Part shown: in pieces, positions 57,358 to 64,000 of the stretch
Numbering within the stretch: the stretch's first letter is position 1
How the letters are laid out: each line of letters starts with the position of its first letter
Origin: Patescibacteria group bacterium
GTDB lineage: Bacteria; Patescibacteriota; Patescibacteriia; UBA9934
Length of the DNA: 64,000 nt
Reading direction: 5' to 3'
Assembly: GCA_041659765.1 (NCBI GenBank)
Contig: JBAZXR010000001.1
Span: forward strand, 659,338 to 723,337
Position numbers and translations under genes: made by a program
Notes under the pieces: generated by a model
The model's input: the letters and a program-made list of their open reading frames with translations, nothing else
Databases searched by the model: none
What the model was told of the DNA's origin: nothing

Positions 57358-59061
57358 TTACATCTCCTTCACTACCACGAGTCCCAAAATGCCACAAAGG
57401 TTTGCTAACACCTGTCGCACAGACTCCATGAGTGCCAAACGGGCGGCGGCGAGCTCAGAAGACTCGGCATCCAGGATGCGGACGGATTCATAATACCCTG
57501 CAAAATCTTGAGCGAGCTCGAATCCATACTGAGCGATAGCATTCGGGCTATATGAACCACCGGCGTGAGCGACCACCGAAGGATACTGAGCAAGCTTTCT
57601 GAGAAGCGCGTGCTCTTTCTTGTCCGTCAACAACTCCGGTTTTGGCAGAGGCTTCACGGAAGCTTTACGCTTCAAACTTTCAACGCGGGCAATTGAGTAC
57701 ATTAAGTACGGGCCGGTAAAGCCATCTGTGGCCATGGCCTCTTCCATATCAAAGGTGATCATCTTTTCTGGATCTTGGCGAAGCATCATGAACGTCACCG
57801 CCGAATGCATGAGAGCGCTAGCCGTGTCTGCAATCTTGCGTTCGCGCCAGTCTGGGTGACGGCCTTTAGTGGCTTCGACTAGTTTCTCAAACATAGCATC
57901 ACGCAAATCTGACCAGCGAACAATGTTCCCCTTGCGCGAGCTCATGGCGCCTTCTGGCAGGGTCACAAAATCAAACGCCAAGTGAATAACTTCCCGAGGG
58001 AAGCCCATCTTCTTCAGTGTTGCTGATAGCTGCTTAAAGGCGAGCGACTGGCGAGCATCGACGACGATAATGGATCGATCGGCGACGTAATCTGCCTCTT
58101 TCTTGTAAGCGAGGGCTAAGTCTTTTGCATTATAAAGCAATGTCCCGTCAGATTTTCTAAGCAGGTTCACCCCAAGCTTCTCGGCTTCCAGGTCAACAAT
58201 CACTGCACCTTCAGAAACTCGCGCGATCCCTTCCGTCAGGAGACGTTTTACGATGGCGTGCGTTTCGTCAATCAACTCATGCTCCAAATAAATGCGGTCG
58301 AGCTCAAGGCCAAACTCGGCAAACACTTCTTTCATGCCATCCATGGACCACTTCTGTGTCTTCTTCCAAAGCGCGATGTTGTCGCCCTCCATGTTTTCAA
58401 GATCCCGCTGGATCTTTGATACCTCCGCGCGTTTCTCTTCATCCTCACCGATAGCCTTGGTAGCTTCCGTGTAGGCACGGCCAAGGTAATTCAGCTTGTC
58501 GCCGATGGGTTCCTCGCCCATGTTCAAATGCGTCAACCCCCACAAACAGCGCGCGACGTTGTTGCCGAGGTCGTTTATGTAAGACACCGGGGTTACGTCA
58601 AAACCATTTTGCCGAAGAATATTCACGATGGCTTTTCCGTAGGTGAGATTTCTGAGGTGGCCAACGTGCACTTCTTTGTGCGTGTTGAAGTTCACATATT
58701 CGACAAGCACCTTCTTGCCTCTGCCCGTTGTGGACTTTCCGTAGCGCACCTTTCCGCCGAGTACATCCTTAAACACATGCGTCGCAAAGGCAGTTTCTTC
58801 AAAGGTGAAGTTCACGTACGGCCCAAGCGAGCTAATCTTTTTCACCAGAGATGACGGCGCAATCTTAGCGGCCAACTCCGTGGCAATCTCCGCCGGGTTT
58901 CGTTGCATTCCCTTGCCGAGCGCAAAACAAGCAAACGAAAGATCGCCATACTCCGGCTTAGGCGGCGTCATGAGCATATCCTGGTTCACGGCATACGTTT
59001 TGCCGAGCGCCTTTTTCAAGGACAGGAGAATCTCTTTTTTAGCTTGATCAAGTGCGTACAT
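57358..59061 (-). CDS. argS: arginine--tRNA ligase
   Basis: Class I HVGH (KEVHVGHLRN) and the ArgS N-terminal and anticodon-binding domains. Confidence 0.9.
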   Translation of the reverse strand: MYALDQAKKEILLSLKKALGKTYAVNQDMLMTPPKPEYGDLSFACFALGKGMQRNPAEIATELAAKIAPSSLVKKISSLGPYVNFTFEETAFATHVFKDVLGGKVRYGKSTTGRGKKVLVEYVNFNTHKEVHVGHLRNLTYGKAIVNILRQNGFDVTPVSYINDLGNNVARCLWGLTHLNMGEEPIGDKLNYLGRAYTEATKAIGEDEEKRAEVSKIQRDLENMEGDNIALWKKTQKWSMDGMKEVFAEFGLELDRIYLEHELIDETHAIVKRLLTEGIARVSEGAVIVDLEAEKLGVNLLRKSDGTLLYNAKDLALAYKKEADYVADRSIIVVDARQSLAFKQLSATLKKMGFPREVIHLAFDFVTLPEGAMSSRKGNIVRWSDLRDAMFEKLVEATKGRHPDWRERKIADTASALMHSAVTFMMLRQDPEKMITFDMEEAMATDGFTGPYLMYSIARVESLKRKASVKPLPKPELLTDKKEHALLRKLAQYPSVVAHAGGSYSPNAIAQYGFELAQDFAGYYESVRILDAESSELAAARLALMESVRQVLANLCGILGLVVVKEM

Positions 59062-59063
59062 AG

Positions 59064-60254
59064 TTAAACTAATCGAACAAAGAATCGCTTGCCTTTCTGG
59101 ACGATCGAACCGGCGGAAACCACGAGCATCGGGTCTTCGACAACATTGCCGTCAACCTTCACACCAGCCTGCTCAACCTGGCGCTTCGCCTCTCCGCGGG
59201 ACTTAACGATGCCGGAACCGACCAAAACGTCGACGATAGTCATCCCCGCGCCGACAGCAAACTCTGGGGCATCAGCCGGCACCTCACCAGATTTGTGAAC
59301 CTGCGTAAAGTGTTCGCTGGCTTTATCAGCGGCTTCATCATTCAAAAAAGCGGCGACGATCTCATACGCAAGACGGTGCTTAAACTCTACCGGGTTCTCC
59401 CCTGCTTCCATCTTTTTACCGATCTCGACGATCTCGTCGACCGGAACGTCAGTGCAGAGCTCAAAACCGGACAAAATCATGCCGTCCGTCCAGCTCATGA
59501 CCTTACCGTACATGTCCTCGGGGCTGTCGTTCAAAGAAATCATGTTGCCTTCACTCTTGCCCATCTTCTTGCCAGTTGGATCTGTCAGCAACTTAGTCGT
59601 GAGGACGAGCTTTTCCTTCCCTTTCATCTCGCGCAAAAGGGTGCGGCCAGCGAGCATGTTGAACGTCTGATCATTGCCGCCGATTTCCAGGTTCACCTCC
59701 ATAGCTACAGAATCGTAACCCTGCATCAAGGGGTACATGAACTCGTGGAGGCCGATCGGCTTCTCTTCCTGTAGACGCTTCTCAAACATGTCACGTTCCA
59801 TCATCTGTTGCACGGTGAAGTGCGAGGCAAGCTCAACCACATCAGCAAATGACATCTTGCCGAGCCAGTCGTTGTTAAACATGAGCTTGGCTGGGTTCTG
59901 ACCGCCAAAATCAATAAATGCCGAAGCCTGGGTCTGGTAATTCTTGCAGTTAGCGAGCACCTCATCACGCGTCAGTTGTTTGCGAGTGGCGGTTTTGTCC
60001 GTAGGATCACCAATCATGGCCGTGAAGTCGCCAATCAACAGAATCACCTCATGCCCCATGCGTTGCAGCTCACCGAGCTTGCGGAGCGGAATAGCGTGGC
60101 CAATGTGGAGAGTGGTTCCCGTAGGGTCAACGCCAAGATAGACGCGGATTTTTTTGTCGCTCTCAAGTAGCTCTAGCAACGCCTCCCGCTTGGGATATAC
60201 GTTCTCAACGCTTCGGGTCAAAAATTCGGCAATTTGTTGGTCGGTCGCTTTCAT
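59064..60254 (-). CDS. tyrS: tyrosine--tRNA ligase
   Basis: HIGH (LHIGHAIP), KMGKS and a C-terminal S4 domain. Confidence 0.9.
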   Translation of the reverse strand: MKATDQQIAEFLTRSVENVYPKREALLELLESDKKIRVYLGVDPTGTTLHIGHAIPLRKLGELQRMGHEVILLIGDFTAMIGDPTDKTATRKQLTRDEVLANCKNYQTQASAFIDFGGQNPAKLMFNNDWLGKMSFADVVELASHFTVQQMMERDMFEKRLQEEKPIGLHEFMYPLMQGYDSVAMEVNLEIGGNDQTFNMLAGRTLLREMKGKEKLVLTTKLLTDPTGKKMGKSEGNMISLNDSPEDMYGKVMSWTDGMILSGFELCTDVPVDEIVEIGKKMEAGENPVEFKHRLAYEIVAAFLNDEAADKASEHFTQVHKSGEVPADAPEFAVGAGMTIVDVLVGSGIVKSRGEAKRQVEQAGVKVDGNVVEDPMLVVSAGSIVQKGKRFFVRLV

Positions 60255-60264
60255 ATGTCCCCTA

Positions 60265-62856
60265 TTATGCCTTAGGCATTGAATTCAGCTCTTTCTCAAG
60301 TGTCGAAACCTTCTCTTGAGCCTTAGCTAGCTTCTCGCGTTCAAGCGCAATCACCTTCTCAGGCGCGCGACCAACGAAATCTTGATTCGAAAGCTTTGTC
60401 TCCTGTGCCATGGCGTATTTCTTTGCTTCGACCAGCTCTTTCTCAAGCGACTTCCGTTGTGCGGCAAAATCGACAAGCCCATCGAGTGACACGGAAATGG
60501 TCATGCCGCCAATCACTGCCTTCGCGGCGTTCTCGGAAGCAACGGAAACAAACGCGCTGTTAGTTGATTCCTCAATAAGCGTAGCCTGATCCTTCAAAGA
60601 CTCACTCAGGTTAATAGCTACGTCAAGCGTCTTCTTGTTTTCAATATTTCGCTCGGCTCTGATGACACGAATAGCCGCAATAACCGACTGTAAATCTGCA
60701 AATGCATCAGCGTCACCCTTTGAAAGCTTGAACTTAACATCATCCGGCCACTTGGCGACCATGATCAATCCCTTGTCGAAGTTCTTGTAAATCTCCTCCG
60801 TCACAAACGGCATGAACGGGTGCCACAAAATAAGAAGTCTTTCGAGGATAAAGATCAGGATCTCGTCCTTCTCACCTTCAATCTTGGCAATTTCGAGGTA
60901 CCAATCGGCAAACTCACTCCACGTAAATTCGCGTAGTACTTCGCCAGCGAGCGAGAGGTCATACGCCTCCTGGAGCTTCGTTACCTTTTCGACCACCTCA
61001 CTGAAGCGACCGAGGATCCAGCGGTCTGCGAGTGTCTTCGGCTCTGGAACTCCACCTTTCGACTTTCCACCTTCGACTTTCGACAAAATGAACCGCGAAA
61101 TGTTCCAGAGCTTGTTCGTGAAGTTTCTGAAGCCAGCGATCTTCTCCTCGGACAGTTTCAAGTCGTTGCCGGGAGTATTTCCGAGTACCAGCGACAATCG
61201 AGTAGCATCGGCACCGTACTTCTCAATCATGTCGAGCGGGTTGATGATGTTGCCAAGTGATTTCGACATTTTTCTGCCTTGTTCATCACGAACCAAGCCG
61301 TGCAAATACACGGTTTTGAATGGCACCTCGCCAAGCAGGTACGTCGACATGAGAATCATGCGAGCTACCCAGAAAAAGAGAATGTCGTAGCCCGTCTCAA
61401 GGACGTTCGTTGGATGGAAGAACTCGAGATCCTTCGTCTTATCGGGCCAGCCGAGAGTAGAGAATGTCCAAAGACCAGAAGAAAACCAAGTATCGAGCGT
61501 GTCTTCGTCCTGCGTCCAGCCCTCACCCTTCGGCGCTTCGCCAACAGCTAGCTCCTCACCCTTGTACCAAACCGGCACACGATGGCCGAACCAAATCTGG
61601 CGGCTGATGTTCCAATCGCGGAGGTTATCGATCCAATGAAAATAAGTTTTTTCGAATCTGTCGGGCATGATGTCGATCGCTTTTGAGCGAACCGCGTCCT
61701 GCATGAGTCCCTTCAGCGTCACCTGTTTTCCATCACGGGTAAATTCTGTATTCACGCCAATAAACCATTGCAGCTTAGGCAAAGGCTCAATGATTCCGCC
61801 CGTTCTTTCAGCGGTCGACAAATTTTGCGCAGAATCTTCCTCGCCCTCAAGCAAATTATTTTCACGCAACCACTCCACCACTTTCTCCCGAGCACTTTTT
61901 GTACTCATGCCAGAAACTAGCTCGCCGGCTGCGGGAAGCATGTTCCCGTCCTCGCCAATCACCTGGATCATGGGGAGTTCATGGCGCTTGGCAATATCAA
62001 AGTCAATCGAACTGTGGGCTGGAGTGACACCAAGCGCACCCGTACCGAACTCTGGGTCAACGGATTCATCGCCGACAATCTTCAAGTGCAACTTTGAGCC
62101 GGCAAAAACAACATCAAACTCCTGACCAATAAACTTCTTATATTTCCCCTTCGGATGCACTGCCACCGCCGTATCCCCCACTTTTGTCTCTGGGCGAGTG
62201 GTGGAAATCGAAATTGGAAAATCCTTTGAGTACTTAAACGTGTAAAGCTTGGCCGTGGTCTCTTTGTAGACGATCTCGTCGTCGGCGATAGTCGTTTGTC
62301 CGATTGGGTCCCAGTTGACGACGCGGTAGCCACGGTAAATCAAACCATCGTCATACATCTGCTTGAAGGCAACGTTCACGGCCTTATTCCGAGCATCGTC
62401 GAGCGTATACGCCTCGCGGCTCCAGTCAACCGAGGCACCCATTTTTTTCACCTGGCCCACAATCGTGTCATGGCTTTCTTGCGCAAAGGCGTTAACGCGC
62501 TCAAGCAGTGCCTCGCGACCTAGGTCATAGCGCGTCTTCTTCTCGGCCTTAAAAATCATGCCTTCTACCTTTGACTGAGTGGCGATTGCCGCATGATCGG
62601 TGCCGGGAATCCAAAGTGCGCGTTTCCCTCGTAATCGAGCAAAGCGAACCATCGCGTCCTCAATAGCCAACATCGTGGCGTGGCCCATGTGCAAAGTGCC
62701 GGTGACGTTGGGCGGCGGGAGAACAATAGAAAAAGCCTCAGTTCTCTGTTCGAGATCAGGCAGTTTATCCGGGTTAAAGTACTCGCTATCGAGCCAAAGT
62801 TGATACAAGGAGTCTTCCTTTCCCTGGGGCTCGTAGGCTTTTGGCATTTCATTCAT
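60265..62856 (-). CDS. valS: valine--tRNA ligase
   Basis: PPPNVTGTLHMGHA, KMSKSLGN and a C-terminal coiled coil. Confidence 0.9.
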   Translation of the reverse strand: MNEMPKAYEPQGKEDSLYQLWLDSEYFNPDKLPDLEQRTEAFSIVLPPPNVTGTLHMGHATMLAIEDAMVRFARLRGKRALWIPGTDHAAIATQSKVEGMIFKAEKKTRYDLGREALLERVNAFAQESHDTIVGQVKKMGASVDWSREAYTLDDARNKAVNVAFKQMYDDGLIYRGYRVVNWDPIGQTTIADDEIVYKETTAKLYTFKYSKDFPISISTTRPETKVGDTAVAVHPKGKYKKFIGQEFDVVFAGSKLHLKIVGDESVDPEFGTGALGVTPAHSSIDFDIAKRHELPMIQVIGEDGNMLPAAGELVSGMSTKSAREKVVEWLRENNLLEGEEDSAQNLSTAERTGGIIEPLPKLQWFIGVNTEFTRDGKQVTLKGLMQDAVRSKAIDIMPDRFEKTYFHWIDNLRDWNISRQIWFGHRVPVWYKGEELAVGEAPKGEGWTQDEDTLDTWFSSGLWTFSTLGWPDKTKDLEFFHPTNVLETGYDILFFWVARMILMSTYLLGEVPFKTVYLHGLVRDEQGRKMSKSLGNIINPLDMIEKYGADATRLSLVLGNTPGNDLKLSEEKIAGFRNFTNKLWNISRFILSKVEGGKSKGGVPEPKTLADRWILGRFSEVVEKVTKLQEAYDLSLAGEVLREFTWSEFADWYLEIAKIEGEKDEILIFILERLLILWHPFMPFVTEEIYKNFDKGLIMVAKWPDDVKFKLSKGDADAFADLQSVIAAIRVIRAERNIENKKTLDVAINLSESLKDQATLIEESTNSAFVSVASENAAKAVIGGMTISVSLDGLVDFAAQRKSLEKELVEAKKYAMAQETKLSNQDFVGRAPEKVIALEREKLAKAQEKVSTLEKELNSMPKA

Positions 62857-62948
62857 AACTCACATGAGGATAGTAGAAATGTTCAGATATGTCTATTGAT
62901 CTTTGTTGAGGCTGAAGTTACGACGTGCTACGCTAATGCTAACCAAAT

Positions 62949-63809
62949 ATGAAAATCAACTTCCTCAAATGGAACGAACGCGTGCAGGCATTCGTCGTCA
63001 TTGCATTCGGCATTACCGGAGCAGCTTTCATGATGATTTCTTCCCTGAAGGTGGAGTGGACTGGTGTGGGAGAATCTATCGCCTTATCACTCTTTGTCGC
63101 GTTCGTTCTGGATCTACTCGGCACAACGGTCATCAATCGAACGGAAAAAATGCGGGCCGACTTCGGCACCGCGCCAAGTACGTTCGAAAAAGCTTCGCTC
63201 GGAATAAATGTCATTCGCTTTATTTTGGGAGTAGCCTTCTACGTCGCAATAGTCGTCGCGATGGGCTATTTCCTCATGAATGACCCCAGACCGCTGCACA
63301 TCACTTCCATATTCCTAGCTCAAGCTGCTACTTTCCTTGTCTACTTCTTGATTCTTCGAAGATTCCTTTGGATTATTCTCAGAAAAATCGGTCCTACCCT
63401 CCAACCACCCAGCAGTAAATTTCGCGCGCGATATACACTAACCAATCAAGGAATCCTTCTCGATCTCGGCATCGTCAACCTAAGCGACCGCGATCAACCC
63501 TCTGTGGTCGAACTCCCCTTTAGCGACCTACAAGAAATCCAGGTGATGACATACGGAGAAGTCGAGCAATACATGCGATTCAAAGCCGGACTCAGCTTCA
63601 CTGATAGAGTGCGGATGCAGGCCCAATCCGTTACCGACATGATGAAATACCTCAAAAAGGAAGTGGCGCGTCCTCGCTATTATCTGCACGGCGGAACTCA
63701 AGGAAAAACTCTCGTGCTGAAGGGCAATGAATTGCTCTACGTCGTCAGTGTCGCCAATGAAAACTGCGATGACCTCCTGAGCGCGTTTGCTGAATACCGA
63801 AAAAATTGA
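62949..63809 (+). CDS. hypothetical membrane protein (4-5 TM N-terminal, soluble C-terminal)
   Basis: 286-aa ORF with a terminator hairpin downstream. Confidence 0.45.
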   Translation: MKINFLKWNERVQAFVVIAFGITGAAFMMISSLKVEWTGVGESIALSLFVAFVLDLLGTTVINRTEKMRADFGTAPSTFEKASLGINVIRFILGVAFYVAIVVAMGYFLMNDPRPLHITSIFLAQAATFLVYFLILRRFLWIILRKIGPTLQPPSSKFRARYTLTNQGILLDLGIVNLSDRDQPSVVELPFSDLQEIQVMTYGEVEQYMRFKAGLSFTDRVRMQAQSVTDMMKYLKKEVARPRYYLHGGTQGKTLVLKGNELLYVVSVANENCDDLLSAFAEYRKN

Positions 63810-63820
63810 TAGTTCAATAA

Positions 63821-63851
63821 AGAAACCGACTCCTTCATGGGTCGGTTTTGA
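63821..63851 (+). terminator. rho-independent terminator (aaaccgac ... gtcggtttt)
   Basis: 8-bp stem plus a T-run, 12 nt after the stop. Confidence 0.6.
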
Positions 63852-63893
63852 CTTTGCAGTAAGTATGCCGTAATTTTTGAAGCCGGAGGTCTC

Positions 63894-64000
63894 ATGACCA
63901 ATGATCTTCTCAGGGCACTTCTTTTTGACATGGACGGAACGCTCGTGAACACGGAAGAGCTCAAGCGCAAAGCGCACGAGCGGACGCTAAAGGGACAAGG
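63894..64000 (+). CDS. HAD-family hydrolase (beta-phosphoglucomutase-like), 3' end outside window
   Basis: HAD motif I LLFDMDGTLVNTE. Confidence 0.5.
   Translation, partial: MTNDLLRALLFDMDGTLVNTEELKRKAHERTLKGQ

Overview
The window reads as a compact, gene-dense, host-dependent bacterial genome at roughly 50% GC, most consistent with a Candidate Phyla Radiation / Patescibacteria-like organism (inferred from gene content, not proven). It uses the standard code: TGA/TAA/TAG stops, intact RF2. Housekeeping genes: tsaC, two ABC exporter half-transporters, a znuC/yibEF/znuB metal-uptake operon, rsmA, prfB, groES-groEL, yidC, nusA, yraN, nrdD-nrdG, and argS, tyrS, valS. There are six tRNAs: Ser-TGA, Ser-GCT, Arg-GCG, Ala-GGC, Val-TAC and Leu-GAG. 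Most of the notable content is an envelope/secretion region between about 12.8 and 36.8 kb on the minus strand. It holds ComFC, a VirB4-type ATPase whose N-terminal domain appears to be a separate upstream ORF, a PrgI/VirB3-like protein, a VirB6/TrbL-like polytopic protein with a long hydrophilic tail, and a secreted M23 peptidase. That is a Gram-positive-style type IV secretion/conjugation-like apparatus. It is followed by a 2906-aa Cys-rich secreted giant protein with carbohydrate-binding-module-like regions, co-transcribed with a Ca-binding (TSP3-repeat) membrane protein. A DsbA/DoxX/VKOR disulfide-forming module elsewhere in the window fits that Cys-rich secretome. Other notable items are listed below.
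- A GC-rich ~5.7 kb island (M23 peptidase to an IS200/RAYT-type HuH transposase) with palindromes inside and around the transposase gene.
- A 19-nt palindrome inserted in-frame twice in one T4SS-cluster gene.
- An nrdD whose glycyl-radical tail is a separate 63-aa ORF 19 nt downstream, preceded by a Mu Com-like zinc-ribbon gene and a NrdR-box-like palindrome.
- A GluR0-type ligand-gated channel gene.
- An AT-rich two-gene insert of helical proteins with Rx4H (HEPN-like) motifs.
- A conserved AT-rich inverted-repeat element just upstream of both groEL and the bactofilin gene.
No CRISPR array or rRNA gene is present.
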